DNA from: Nibricoccus sp.
GTDB lineage: Bacteria; Verrucomicrobiota; Verrucomicrobiia; Opitutales; Opitutaceae
Assembly (NCBI GenBank): GCA_047602425.1
Contig: JASGHG010000001.1
Location: forward strand, 1,312,001 to 1,376,000
Length of the DNA: 64,000 nt
Reading direction: 5' to 3'
The notes under the pieces are model-generated. The model did not search any database. It saw nothing but the letters and a program-made list of their open reading frames with translations, and had not been told where the DNA came from. Below, in pieces: positions 10,975 through 21,138 of this stretch. Both the position numbers and the translations under genes were made by a program. Position 1 is the first letter of the stretch, and every line of letters starts with the position of its first letter.

Positions 10975-12102
10975 TCAGATTCCCAGCATGTTGAAGATCA
11001 CCGCGAAAACGGCATCGGCCGATACGAGCAACAGGATCGCCGTGACCACCGCCGACGTGGTGGAATTGCCGACACCCATCGCGCTGCGTTCGCTTTGCAG
11101 ACCGCGCAGACAGCCCGACAACCCAACAATACCGCCAAAGACCACGGCCTTGATCAGGCCCGAAAAGACATCGGACAAGTCGATCGCCGCTTGCGTCTGC
11201 ACCCAGTAAGCGGAAGCGGGAATCTTCAGGATCGCCGCCGCCACCAACAGGCCGCCGATGATGCCAAGCAGATTGGAATAAAGCGCCAGAAGCGGCGTCA
11301 TCAGCGTCACCGCGAGCAATCGCGGCATGACTAGGAAATCAATCGAGCGAATGCCGAACGTTTCGAAGGCATCGATTTCCTCGCCCGCCTTCATGTTGCC
11401 CAGCGTGGCGGCAAACGCAGCGCCCGTGCGGCCCGCCAGGATGATGCCAGTCATCATCGGACCCATTTCACGAACCATCACGAGACCGACAAAATTAGCC
11501 ACATAAAGATCCGCGCCAAACTGCCGCAATAACACCGCCGCCGTATACGCCAACGTAAGGCCCACCAGCATGCCGATCAGCCCGACAATCGGCAGCGCCA
11601 TCGCGCCGCATTGCTGCATCTCCCGCACGCAATCGAGCCACCTGAACCGGATCGGGTTCTTCGCCAGCCGCAAGGTCGCCAGCGTGCATTCGCCGATGAA
11701 ATGCGAAATCTGCCTTACCTTGGTCAAAACATCAAACACCGCCAAACCGATCATGCTGATGGGATTCATCGCCCGATCGACCGGCTTTTCCTTGCCCTGC
11801 GCGGCCACGATTTGAGTCACCAGGTCGCGCAACTGTTTTGGCAAAGCCGACGAATCCAGGGGAGTTTGCATGGCCGCACACCACTGCTCCGCTTCAAATA
11901 AAAACAAAAGAAGCGAACTATCCCAAGTCTCCAGTCCCGCCAGTTCGACCTTCACGCGCGCCGGCTTGGCTTTGCCCAGAACATCCCGCCAGGTCGACCG
12001 CTGTCCCGTGATTTTCCAAACCCCACCCAACAGGATCCGCAACAAATCGCCCTCCGCGGTGGCGGACGCGCTGGCTTGGGCGACATCGGTGACGACAGGC
12101 AT
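10975..12102 (-). CDS. MlaE-family ABC permease with N-terminal STAS-like region
   Basis: REMGPMMTGIILAGRTGAAFAA...EEIDA and VGNSTTSAVV. Confidence 0.9.
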   Translation of the reverse strand: MPVVTDVAQASASATAEGDLLRILLGGVWKITGQRSTWRDVLGKAKPARVKVELAGLETWDSSLLLFLFEAEQWCAAMQTPLDSSALPKQLRDLVTQIVAAQGKEKPVDRAMNPISMIGLAVFDVLTKVRQISHFIGECTLATLRLAKNPIRFRWLDCVREMQQCGAMALPIVGLIGMLVGLTLAYTAAVLLRQFGADLYVANFVGLVMVREMGPMMTGIILAGRTGAAFAATLGNMKAGEEIDAFETFGIRSIDFLVMPRLLAVTLMTPLLALYSNLLGIIGGLLVAAAILKIPASAYWVQTQAAIDLSDVFSGLIKAVVFGGIVGLSGCLRGLQSERSAMGVGNSTTSAVVTAILLLVSADAVFAVIFNMLGI

Positions 12103-12200
12103 AAGCGTGAACTATGAATCTCGTTTGTAATGGAGTGTTTGAAAATCAAAACCTTAAAAATTTCCGTGTGCTTTAGTCATCTCATTGACAACTTGGTTTC

Positions 12201-12869
12201 GTGATTCGCTTTCGTACGGTACTTTTCGATCTTGATGGCACGCTCCTCGACCACTTCGGGGCCATTCATGCCAGCCACGCCTACATGTTGAAACAACTCG
12301 GCCTGCCCGCGCCCACGATGGCCCAAGTCCATCGCGCGGTTGGTGGCGGCTTCGAAGTCGCCGTCAAGCGCATGCTCGGCCCGGAAAACGAACACCTGCT
12401 CCCCCGCGCTATCGAAATTTACCGCGAAGCCTGGGCCAAAAACATGTTCAATGGCGTCGCACTTCTTCCCGGCGCGCGGGCCCTCCTCGAAGCGCTCAAG
12501 GCCGACGGCGTGCGCTGCGGCGTCTTCACAAACAAACATGGCCCCTCCGCTCGCTCCGTCTGCGAACACCTCGGAGTCACACCGCTGCTCGACGGCGTCT
12601 TCGGTGCTTTCGATACGCCGTGGCTGAAACCCGCTCCCGAATTCGCCCAACATGTACTCAGCGCCCTCCAAGCCGAACCATCCACCACCTGCCTGATCGG
12701 CGATTCCCCCTACGACGTCGAAGCCGCAATCAACGGCGGCTTCGTCTGCTATTGTGTCACCACCGGAACCCACACCGAGGACCAACTCAAAACCGCCGGC
12801 GCTGCCAGCGTCTACGACGACCTGATCGCGTTGAGCAAAGCTCAATTCGGACTGGAGTTGGAGAAATAG
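12201..12869 (+). CDS. HAD-superfamily hydrolase (phosphoglycolate phosphatase-like)
   Basis: FDLDGTL, TNK, KPAP, IGDSPYD. Confidence 0.88.
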   Translation: MIRFRTVLFDLDGTLLDHFGAIHASHAYMLKQLGLPAPTMAQVHRAVGGGFEVAVKRMLGPENEHLLPRAIEIYREAWAKNMFNGVALLPGARALLEALKADGVRCGVFTNKHGPSARSVCEHLGVTPLLDGVFGAFDTPWLKPAPEFAQHVLSALQAEPSTTCLIGDSPYDVEAAINGGFVCYCVTTGTHTEDQLKTAGAASVYDDLIALSKAQFGLELEK

Positions 12870-12891
12870 AATGACGCCGGGAGGGCGTAGC

Positions 12892-13161
12892 CTACCGGCC
12901 GACATGGATCTGCCCGCCCGACTGGGTAAAATTGACCAGAAAAACCAACGGTATTGTAACGAGAATCACCCCTGTGACCACCAGGGCTGTTTTTACTACG
13001 CGGTGTTGTTTCTTCGGGGTCTCGACCGGACCCGTCGCGTAAACCGCGTGCCTTTCCCCGCCCGACAACTCCGACCGCAATTTTGTCCTCGGCGTGCTCT
13101 GGCAAGCTACACAGGCGAAGCACAGGACCAAAATAGTAATGACGCGAAAAAGGTGCTTCAT
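12892..13161 (-). CDS. Small putative lipoprotein/membrane protein
   Basis: MKHLFRVITILVLCFACVAC signal/lipobox-like start and a C-terminal hydrophobic helix. Confidence 0.5.
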   Translation of the reverse strand: MKHLFRVITILVLCFACVACQSTPRTKLRSELSGGERHAVYATGPVETPKKQHRVVKTALVVTGVILVTIPLVFLVNFTQSGGQIHVGR

Positions 13162-13342
13162 CTCGATTTCCAAAAATTCAAACCAAGAGGAACGCATTCG
13201 ATCGGTGCTTCCGATGCGAAATAGATAAGCGGTTGTTGGTTTATATGAGTGGTTAAACAACGTGTTAAGATCAGCGGAAAGATTGCGACATTGCACGGTT
13301 CCCTGACTAACCGACGTCATCGATTCTGATCGGCGTGGAAAT

Positions 13343-13816
13343 TCAGTCCTTCACCTTCTCCTTGCCGATCGCGTGTTCGACTTCCACTTGCACGGCGTGG
13401 AGCGAGAGGTAGAGGTCGCGCAGGAAGGCGGCGAGGCCGGCGAGCATGCAGCCGACACTCATCGCAAACAGGCCTAAGATCAGCCAGGGCAGGTCGACTT
13501 TGAACAAGGCGCTCACAAAAAGCATCACAATCAACAGGCCCGAAATAAACATGCTCGATGTGATCATCGTCATCGAGAAGCGCATAATTTTCGCGCGGCG
13601 AAACATGATCCACAACTGTTCCTCAATATATTTTTTGTCGGTGGTATCAGGTTTAGCCATCAAGCCGGCAAGGTTGCGCGTACGGTCGACAATGCGGCCC
13701 ATGCGGTTGGTGAGCGAAATACAGAGCGCGCCAAGGCCGGAGATAAGAATAACCGGCGTAATCGACAGCTGGATGATCGGCAGAAACGAGTCCTGCATAG
13801 GAAGAGCGGCAGACAT
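13343..13816 (-). CDS. DUF2721-like membrane protein
   Basis: IQLSITPVILISGLG...TNRMGRIVDR.R and three TM helices; start may be 13798. Confidence 0.75.
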   Translation of the reverse strand: MSAALPMQDSFLPIIQLSITPVILISGLGALCISLTNRMGRIVDRTRNLAGLMAKPDTTDKKYIEEQLWIMFRRAKIMRFSMTMITSSMFISGLLIVMLFVSALFKVDLPWLILGLFAMSVGCMLAGLAAFLRDLYLSLHAVQVEVEHAIGKEKVKD

Positions 13817-13875
13817 GTCTTCGTTGTTGGCGGAAAACCCCAACCAACGCAACCTCCGCGCAGGCCGCGTCCAAT

Positions 13876-14817
13876 TTACTTCGCCGGCTTTGTTAGCAAG
13901 CCGCGCGAACGCAGCCAGGCTTCCGCGCGCTTGGGCCAATCAGAGGTTTGGCCGAGGTCGGTGCGGAAACCGAAGCCATGCGGACCGGTTGGAAAAATAT
14001 GCATCTCAGCCGGAACGCCCGCGGCCGTGAGCGCCTTGAAGAATAGCAGCGAATTTTCGACCGGCACGGCTTTGTCCTCCTGCGTGTGAATCAGGAAAGT
14101 CGGCGGTGTGTCCTTCGTCACGTGTTCATTCACCGAAAGCAGCGCGATCAGTTCGTCCGAGGGATTTTCGCCGAGCAGCGACTTGAGTGAACCGCCGTGG
14201 GTCGTCGGTGCGCGCATGGTGATAACGGGGTATTGAAGAATGAGAAAATCGGGTCGCGCACTCACAGCGTCGAGTGCCGCGCCGGTTTTTCCAATCGGCT
14301 CGTTGAACAATGTTCCCGAACAAGCCGCCAGATGCCCGCCCGCCGACGCGCCTTCGACGCCAATGCGATTTGGATCCACGCCAAATTCCGCAGCGCGCGA
14401 ACGCACCAGCCGCACGGCACGCAAAACATCGCGGAGCGGCGCGGGATGCCCGTATTCCTTCATGCGATATTTCAAAATGAAAACATGCACGCCGAGGCTG
14501 TTCAGCCATTTCACCGCACCCATGCCTTCGGTGCTGACCGCGAGGCGCACGTAGCCGCCGCCCGGACACATGATGACCGCCGCGCCATTGGCGATTTCAG
14601 CTGGTGCTGGAAAAACGGTGAGCGTGGGCGTGTGGACATTGTACACACGGTCGTCTTTGACAATCTCCGGTCCCGCATCAGCGCGCAGGCCGGGCACGCC
14701 TTCGGGCCAGAGCTCGATGACTTTAGGCTCGCTCGTCGTTGCCCGGACGCAAAGCGCGATGAAACCGAAGCCAACAATAAACATAGTCAGGGCAAAACGC
14801 GGGGAAGGGATACACAT
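13876..14817 (-). CDS. Secreted alpha/beta hydrolase (carbohydrate esterase-like)
   Basis: CPGGGY, GASAGGHLA nucleophile, EDKAVP, GPHGFG; start uncertain. Confidence 0.85.
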   Translation of the reverse strand: MCIPSPRFALTMFIVGFGFIALCVRATTSEPKVIELWPEGVPGLRADAGPEIVKDDRVYNVHTPTLTVFPAPAEIANGAAVIMCPGGGYVRLAVSTEGMGAVKWLNSLGVHVFILKYRMKEYGHPAPLRDVLRAVRLVRSRAAEFGVDPNRIGVEGASAGGHLAACSGTLFNEPIGKTGAALDAVSARPDFLILQYPVITMRAPTTHGGSLKSLLGENPSDELIALLSVNEHVTKDTPPTFLIHTQEDKAVPVENSLLFFKALTAAGVPAEMHIFPTGPHGFGFRTDLGQTSDWPKRAEAWLRSRGLLTKPAK

Positions 14818-14936
14818 GGCAATGGGGATGACGGCGCAGAAAGCGGAAAGTGTCAGGTGGATTTTTGCCGGACCGTATGAGCGATCTTGTTGATTTTGGC
14901 TGGCCGACTTCTTTCCGCCCACCACAGTTGGCGATT

Positions 14937-15386
14937 ATGCGCGCGCGTCGTTTACTACCCTTCATCTGGCTGGCCTTTTTCCTCGTTCCGCTTTTCGCCG
15001 CTGACACTCCCACACCCTACCGCAAGGTCACGGTAGAAACATCTTCGACTTCAATCTATATTGGCAAAGTCACGCTGAACGTCGGCACGCTCACGCGCGA
15101 GAACGGCTACTTGTCTGGGGATTATAAAGCCAAGGTTTTTCCGTATTGGTTTATGGGCGAACATGGCACGTTCCGCTTGAAAGCGTCCGATGAAGATTTT
15201 GCGCGGATTGCGAAGGGCGAAGTGGTGGAATTCGCCGGCGAAGCGCAAAACAGCGACAAGGAAATTCGCAAAATCACCGGGCGCGCCACACCCGCCGATG
15301 CCGCAACCGGCAAATTCAAGGTTCGAATTTTTGTGACCGAAAAAATACAGCTGATTTTCAACAGCACGTACAAGTTCGGCGAGTAA
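14937..15386 (+). CDS. Secreted hypothetical protein
   Basis: Signal peptide MRARRLLPFIWLAFFLVPLFA; beta-rich mature part. Confidence 0.7.
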   Translation: MRARRLLPFIWLAFFLVPLFAADTPTPYRKVTVETSSTSIYIGKVTLNVGTLTRENGYLSGDYKAKVFPYWFMGEHGTFRLKASDEDFARIAKGEVVEFAGEAQNSDKEIRKITGRATPADAATGKFKVRIFVTEKIQLIFNSTYKFGE

Positions 15387-15429
15387 TCGCAGGCCCCGGT
15401 CGAGCGGCCGCCAAAAAGTCGCGGCCAAC

Positions 15430-15445
15430 CGGCACGCAACGTGCA
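15430..15445 (+). promoter_or_regulatory. Candidate sigma-54 promoter of the polyamine ABC operon
   Basis: cGGCACGcaacgTGCA has the GG-N10-GC (-24/-12) spacing. Confidence 0.45.
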
Positions 15446-15507
15446 GCATTCCCGTGGGAAATGCCCTTGCGTGCACCGCGCACAGGATTACACCCATTGA
15501 CCCAATC

Positions 15508-16329
15508 GTGACGCAGCCAGCCTCAGTCCAGAAACTTTTCCGCCGTCCTCGCGGCATGGCGTTCATCAACGCGCTTTTTGGCGGATGGACGGTGTTGGTG
15601 ATGCTGTTTTTCTATCTCCCGATTTTGTTTCTGGTCGTTTATTCGTTTAACAACTCGCGGCTCAACATCACGTGGGAGGGTTTCACGCTCAAATGGTACG
15701 CCGAGCTCTGGAACAACACGCGGCTCATCGCCGCGCTCCGCGCCAGCCTGGTCGTCGCCGTCATCTCGACCACTCTCGCTGTCATCGTTGGCACCGCGTC
15801 GGCCTGGTTGCTTTACCGCTACCAGTATAAAGGTACACGAGCCATCGGCACGCTCGCGTACATTCCGATGGTCGTCCCGGAAATCATCATGGGCATCAGC
15901 CTGCTCGTGTTTTTTAAAACGGTTAATTTCGACCTCGGGTACACGACAGTGATCATCGCGCATACCACATTTTGTTTTCCCTTCGTGATGGCTGCGGTCC
16001 AGGCACGCCTCGCGGGCCTCGATCCTTCGATGGAAGAAGCCGCGCTCGATCTTGGCGCCACGCCGCTCAAGGCCTTCTGGCACGTGATCGTGCCGTACCT
16101 GATGCCCGGAATTGTTTCGGGTGCACTGATGGCGTTTGCGCTTTCGATGGACGAGCTCATCGTGACCTACTTCGTCAAAAGCTCCGCGTCTTCCACCCTA
16201 CCCATCGTGATCTACGGCATGGCCAAGGTGGGCCTCAACCCGATGATCAACGCCCTTTCCACGCTTTTTATCGTCGCCACGATCATCCTGCTCATCGCTT
16301 CCGAATGGGTGAAGCATCTGCGCCGTTGA
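15508..16329 (+). CDS. potC: Spermidine/putrescine ABC permease
   Basis: YLPI..LVVYSFN...GFTLKWY and EEAALDLGA; start 15508 (GTG) or 15556. Confidence 0.85.
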   Translation: MTQPASVQKLFRRPRGMAFINALFGGWTVLVMLFFYLPILFLVVYSFNNSRLNITWEGFTLKWYAELWNNTRLIAALRASLVVAVISTTLAVIVGTASAWLLYRYQYKGTRAIGTLAYIPMVVPEIIMGISLLVFFKTVNFDLGYTTVIIAHTTFCFPFVMAAVQARLAGLDPSMEEAALDLGATPLKAFWHVIVPYLMPGIVSGALMAFALSMDELIVTYFVKSSASSTLPIVIYGMAKVGLNPMINALSTLFIVATIILLIASEWVKHLRR

Positions 16330-16366
16330 GCCGGCTGCATTGCCCACCGAACCTTTTTCAATCACC

Positions 16367-17401
16367 ATGAAACGTCTACGTCTCCTGTTCTCCATCCTCG
16401 CGGCCCTTGTCGCCGTCCTTCAGCTCCATGCCGCCAAAGAGGTCAATCTCTTCGGCTGGTCCGAATACGTTCCCCAATCCGTCCTCGACAAATTCACCGC
16501 CGAGACCGGCATCAAGGTGAACTACGAGACTTACGCTTCAAACGAGGAAATGCTCTCCAAGCTTCTTGGCGGCGCCAGCGAATACGACCTCATCCAGCCG
16601 TCCGAGTATGTGGTTGAGGCTCTCGTGGCGGCCAAAGGAGGCAGCAAGCTGGCCGAGATCGATTTCAAAAACGTCCCCAACATCAAGAACATCGCGCCCG
16701 GCTACCTCAACCGTCCACACGATCCCAAGCAAAAATACACCGTGCCGTACATGGCCGGCTCGATTGCCATCGTGGTCAACACGGAGAAAGTGAAAGAACC
16801 GGTCACAGGTTACACCGATGTCTTTAGCGGCAAGTACAAGGGCCGGATCGTTGCCCTCAACGACAACCGCGAACTCCTCACTTGGGCGCTGCAGACCCTC
16901 GGCATGGATTTTAACGACATCCGCCCCGAAACGATCGCCAAGGCCAAACCCGTCCTCCAAAAATGGCTGCCACAAGTGAAGGTCTTCGATTCCGACAGCC
17001 CCAAGACTTCGCTGCTCAACGGCGACGTCGACATCGGCATCGTTTGGCCCGGTGAAGCGGCGCTTGTCTACCGCGAGAATAAAAAGTTCGCCATCGTTCT
17101 TCCCAAGGAAGGTTCGCACGTCACCATCGACAGCCTCTGCATTCCGAAGGGCGCACCGCATAAAGCCGAGGCCGAAGCTTTCATCAACTTCATCCTCCGC
17201 CCCGAGATCAGCGTGCTGATTTCCGAAGCGTTTCCCTACACCAACCCCAATGCCGAGGCCTGCAAGCTGCTCAGCAAGGAACAACTTGAAAACCCCGCCA
17301 GCTATCCACCCGGCGTGGAAAAGCTCCCGACCTTCCGCGATATCGGCAAAGCCGCCGCGCAAGTCGACAAGTTGATCACCGACCTGAAAGGCGGCTCCTG
17401 A
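16367..17401 (+). CDS. potD: Spermidine/putrescine-binding periplasmic protein
   Basis: Signal peptide, WSEYVP..FTAETGIKVNY..SNEEM, PKEG..IDSLCIP. Confidence 0.88.
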   Translation: MKRLRLLFSILAALVAVLQLHAAKEVNLFGWSEYVPQSVLDKFTAETGIKVNYETYASNEEMLSKLLGGASEYDLIQPSEYVVEALVAAKGGSKLAEIDFKNVPNIKNIAPGYLNRPHDPKQKYTVPYMAGSIAIVVNTEKVKEPVTGYTDVFSGKYKGRIVALNDNRELLTWALQTLGMDFNDIRPETIAKAKPVLQKWLPQVKVFDSDSPKTSLLNGDVDIGIVWPGEAALVYRENKKFAIVLPKEGSHVTIDSLCIPKGAPHKAEAEAFINFILRPEISVLISEAFPYTNPNAEACKLLSKEQLENPASYPPGVEKLPTFRDIGKAAAQVDKLITDLKGGS

Positions 17402-17516
17402 TTCACCGAGGTGGAGCGCGTTGTCCCAACGCGCTCCTGGATGCCGCTCGCCTTTTCACCTCGCACCTAACCAGCATCTTGAGGCCAAGCCGCTCCACCT
17501 TGAAGCAATCGCCCCG

Positions 17517-18395
17517 ATGACCACTGCCGCCGATCCACGCACCACCACCAGCGGACAACGCCGGCCCGGCGCCATGGGCTGGCTGTTGCTTTCGCCGATG
17601 CTGCTGTGGCTCGCGCTCTTCGTCGTCGCGCCGACTGCGATTCTGTTTGTCTATAGTTTTTGCCAGCGCGACGAACTCGGTCAGGTCGTCTTCGAGTTCA
17701 CGTGGGAAAACTACGCGCGGATCGCCGATCCCGTTTACCTCAATATATTAGTTCGTTCGCTTTGGTATGCCGGCCTGACCACCGCGCTTTGTCTCGTCGT
17801 CGGGTATCCAGTCGCCTACTACATCGGCCGCGCGCCGGCTCATCGCCGTGGCTGGCTGCTGCTGCTCGTGATGATTCCGTTCTGGATCAGTTTTCTCCTG
17901 CGCACGTACGCGTGGATTTCGCTGCTCAAGGCCCAAGGCCCGATCAGCGCTCTCATGCAATGGGTGCATCTCATTGCCCAGCCGCTCGAAATTTTGTACA
18001 CCCCCACCGCGGTGATGGTCGGGCTCGTTTATACTTATCTGCCGTTCATGATCCTGCCGATTTTCACCAGCGCCGAGAAACTCGACAATTCGTTGATCGA
18101 AGCCTCGCTCGATCTCGGCGCCGGTCCCTGGCGTACGCTCACCCACGTTATTATTCCACTGACCAAGCCCGGGATTTTCGCCGGCGTGCTGTTGGTTTTT
18201 GTGCCGTCGATCGGCATGTTCGCCGTCACCGATTTGATGGGCGGCGCCAAAGTTGCGATGATCGGCAACGTCATCCAAAACCAATTCGGCCAGGCCCGCG
18301 ACTGGCCGTTCGGCGCCGCGCTCGGCATCACGTTTCTGGCGCTCTTCGTGATTGCCTATTGGTTCTTGCATGATCGCGGCGAGGTGCGACGTTGA
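17517..18395 (+). CDS. potB: Spermidine/putrescine ABC permease
   Basis: PFWISFLLRTYAW, YLPFMILP, RDWPFGAA. Confidence 0.88.
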   Translation: MTTAADPRTTTSGQRRPGAMGWLLLSPMLLWLALFVVAPTAILFVYSFCQRDELGQVVFEFTWENYARIADPVYLNILVRSLWYAGLTTALCLVVGYPVAYYIGRAPAHRRGWLLLLVMIPFWISFLLRTYAWISLLKAQGPISALMQWVHLIAQPLEILYTPTAVMVGLVYTYLPFMILPIFTSAEKLDNSLIEASLDLGAGPWRTLTHVIIPLTKPGIFAGVLLVFVPSIGMFAVTDLMGGAKVAMIGNVIQNQFGQARDWPFGAALGITFLALFVIAYWFLHDRGEVRR

Positions 18396-19603
18396 TGAAC
18401 TCTTTTCCGAATGTGCCGATGACAGTCCAGCCAGCGATGAGCGAACCGACTTCCCAACTTGAGTGGCCGTTCCACTCCCAGACCAAACCGCCGATGATCG
18501 CGGCGCCATCGACGATTTCCAAGGAGACGATGGTTGAGCTTCGCGGCGTCAGCAAAAAATTCGGTTCCACCACCGCCGTCGACAACGTCGATCTCCAGAT
18601 TCGCAAGGGCGAATTCCTCACCCTTCTCGGTCCTTCCGGCTGCGGCAAGACCACGCTCCTGCGCATGCTCGCCGGCTTCGAAGTTCCCACCACCGGCCAG
18701 ATTCTCCTCGAAGGCCAGGACGTGTCCGGCGTGCCGCCCTACAAGCGCAACGTCAACCAAGTCTTCCAGAGCTACGCCATTTTCCCACATCTCACCGTGG
18801 CCGACAACATCGCGTTTGGCCTGAAAATGCGCCACGTGCCGCGCGCCGAGCGCGAGCAGCGTGTCGAGGAGGCGCTCGCCCTTGTCTCTCTCCAAGGGTT
18901 CGGCAAACGCAAGCCGCATGAACTCTCCGGCGGCCAGCGTCAGCGCGTCGCGTTTGCCCGCGCCCTTGTTTGCCAGCCGAAAGTGCTGCTGCTCGATGAG
19001 CCGTTCTCCGCGCTCGATGCCAAGCTCCGCCACGCGATGCAGCTGGAAGTGAAACACCTTCAGCGCCAGCTCGGGATCACGTTCGTGTTTGTCACGCACG
19101 ATCAGGAGGAGGCGTTGATCATGTCCGACCGCATCGCCGTCATCAACCGGGGGAAAATCGACCAGCTCGGCGACGCCACCGACATCTACCACGCCCCCGC
19201 CAGCGCTTTCACCGCCAATTTCATCGGCGAGGCCAACCTGCTCGGGTCCGAGATCATTTTGAAAAACGGCGTCACGGCCCAAGTGCGTCTCACCGAAGGC
19301 GTGGAACTGAACGTCCGCGCCTCTGCCATTCGCGAGAGCAGCACCCAAGCCCTGCTCTCGGTGCGCCCCGAAAAGATCTACATCACCCGCAACAAGCCTG
19401 CGAAGGAAAACGCCTTCAAGGCCGTGATCGAAGAGGAAATTTTTCGCGGCGCGATGGACGAACTTCGCCTCAAGGTCGCCGGCAAACTCGAACTCATGGC
19501 CATGGTCGCCAACGAAAGCGCCCACGAACGTGCCTGGCACAAGGGCGACATCGTTTATTGCGCGATCCACACCGACGACGTCGTGGTGGTGGAGCAAAAA
19601 TAG
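18392..19603 (+). CDS. potA: Spermidine/putrescine ABC ATPase
   Basis: GPSGCGKTT, LSGGQRQR, FVTHDQEEA, TOBE-like tail; start uncertain. Confidence 0.88.
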   Translation: MMNSFPNVPMTVQPAMSEPTSQLEWPFHSQTKPPMIAAPSTISKETMVELRGVSKKFGSTTAVDNVDLQIRKGEFLTLLGPSGCGKTTLLRMLAGFEVPTTGQILLEGQDVSGVPPYKRNVNQVFQSYAIFPHLTVADNIAFGLKMRHVPRAEREQRVEEALALVSLQGFGKRKPHELSGGQRQRVAFARALVCQPKVLLLDEPFSALDAKLRHAMQLEVKHLQRQLGITFVFVTHDQEEALIMSDRIAVINRGKIDQLGDATDIYHAPASAFTANFIGEANLLGSEIILKNGVTAQVRLTEGVELNVRASAIRESSTQALLSVRPEKIYITRNKPAKENAFKAVIEEEIFRGAMDELRLKVAGKLELMAMVANESAHERAWHKGDIVYCAIHTDDVVVVEQK

Positions 19604-19933
19604 AACTTCATCATCCCCCGCCGCCCCCGCGTTTCACCCCCCCCGGCGCGTTGGCCGGTCTTCCGGCTCCGGGCAAACCGTACGATGCTGGTGCAGGAGT
19701 CGCCACCGGCATTTTATTGTTGGGATTTCGTAGGCAGTTCACCCCGGGTCACAGGATATGTGCAGCGATTAGCCGGCTACTGAACCCTTGGCGCACGACA
19801 CGTTTGCAAAACATTGACGCTTTTCTCACAAACCCATGCTTCCGCTGTGCCGATGCTATGGTACAACTTACCTGCTTATCATTCCATCCGTCTTATCCTC
19901 TCGTCCCTCATCACCTGCACGAATCCTCTGAAA

Positions 19934-20713
19934 ATGAAACACCCCCTGTTTCTCATTTCTGCCGCCGCCGTAGGCCTTTTAATTGCCGGCTGCAGCTCCA
20001 CCGCGCCGGCGCCGGTCGCTACCACCGCGCCCGCCAAAACCACCGCCACCCCGGTCAAACCCGTTGAGGCGCCCAAAACCGCTCCGACCGTCACCAAGGT
20101 CGAGGCGCCGCCTCCGCCGGCGCCCGTCGCCACGGAAGCTGAACCAGAAGCCCCCGCCAAAATTTCCCCCGAGGCCGCCGCCCTCGTCGAACGCCTCACC
20201 CAGAATGTGACTGGCGACACGCTTCCGCACGAGCTCACCGATTCCACCGGATTTCCCCAAGCCCTCTCATCCCTCGAAACCGGTGCCCATGCCCCGAAAC
20301 TCGAGGCTGTTGACATGGCCAACCAACCGCCACCGACCGGTCTCACCGCCGATGGCACCAATACTCAGTTGATCGAACGCGATTGGACCGGCCTGGTGCT
20401 TGTCCCGATTTCGACCTCACTCGCCAAAGCCTACACGTCCGAAGTCCGCCTCCTCAAAGTCGAGGCCCATCCGCTCAACGATGGACGCGTGCGCATCTGG
20501 ACCCGCATTCATAACATCGGCAACCGCACCCTCCCCGGCCAAGTCGCGTGCCAGTTCAAAATGAAGGCCATGCCCGCGCCAACCAGCCCCTATTTCTACC
20601 AGCTGGATGTCCCGCCGCACGGCCACCGCGACGTATTCTTCATTTCGCCCGACGGCGCCCTCACTTCTTATACCGTGCTCGTCCGTTCGGAAGATATGAA
20701 GAAAAGCCGCTGA
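19934..20713 (+). CDS. Lipoprotein with Pro/Ala/Thr-rich linker and a beta-sandwich (YcfL-like) C-terminus
   Basis: Lipobox IAGC and low-complexity linker; the domain call is tentative. Confidence 0.65.
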   Translation: MKHPLFLISAAAVGLLIAGCSSTAPAPVATTAPAKTTATPVKPVEAPKTAPTVTKVEAPPPPAPVATEAEPEAPAKISPEAAALVERLTQNVTGDTLPHELTDSTGFPQALSSLETGAHAPKLEAVDMANQPPPTGLTADGTNTQLIERDWTGLVLVPISTSLAKAYTSEVRLLKVEAHPLNDGRVRIWTRIHNIGNRTLPGQVACQFKMKAMPAPTSPYFYQLDVPPHGHRDVFFISPDGALTSYTVLVRSEDMKKSR

Positions 20714-20759
20714 GCGTAACGCTAGCGTCCGCTCAAGATTGGCCTAGGCCCCACTCTCC

Positions 20760-20788
20760 AACCCCGTCGGTCCGCCGACGGGGTTTTT
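20760..20788 (+). terminator. Intrinsic terminator
   Basis: AACCCCGTCGG-tccg-CCGACGGGGTT-TTT. Confidence 0.85.
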
Positions 20789-20827
20789 CATGTCCATATT
20801 CCCTTAAGCGCGAGACGACTCATCCTT

Positions 20828-21088
20828 TCCGCGCTGCCCGCTTCGTCCGACTTGTCCTCGTCGCGCCCTGAAGGGCACCCGCTCATCCAACCCTTCGCTT
20901 CGCTCCGGGCGAGCCGCTTAACGCAATCCGCGCGGCCCACCATCTCCGCGCTGCCGCGCTTCGTCCGACTTGTTCTCGTCGCGCCCAAAGGGCACCCGCT
21001 CCTCCAACCCTCCGCTTCGCTCCGGGCGAGCCGCTTAACGCAATCCGCGCGGCTCACCATCTCCGCGCTGCCGCGCTTCGTCCGACTT
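20828..21088. repeat. 117-bp tandem repeat, about 2.2 copies
   Basis: Unit starts TCCGCGCTGCC at 20828, 20945 and 21062; near-identical units. Confidence 0.9.
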
Positions 21089-21137
21089 CCGACTTCTGAC
21101 CTCCGACCTCCGGTTTCTGGCCTCTGGCATCTGGTTC
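21081..21137. repeat. Degenerate heptamer tandem repeat (TCYGACC-like)
   Basis: tccgact tccgact tctgacc tccgacc tccggtt tctggcc tctggca tctggtt. Confidence 0.7.
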
Positions 21138-21138
21138 G

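Noticed and set aside
12176..12192. GTCATCTCATTGACAAC resembling the palindrome family
   Set aside because: Wrong spacing and core; more simply a TTGACA -35 element
20828..21088. Possible CRISPR array or 39-aa repeat protein
   Set aside because: No unique spacers or cas genes; the ORF overlaps lptF/G antisense and has no protein-like features
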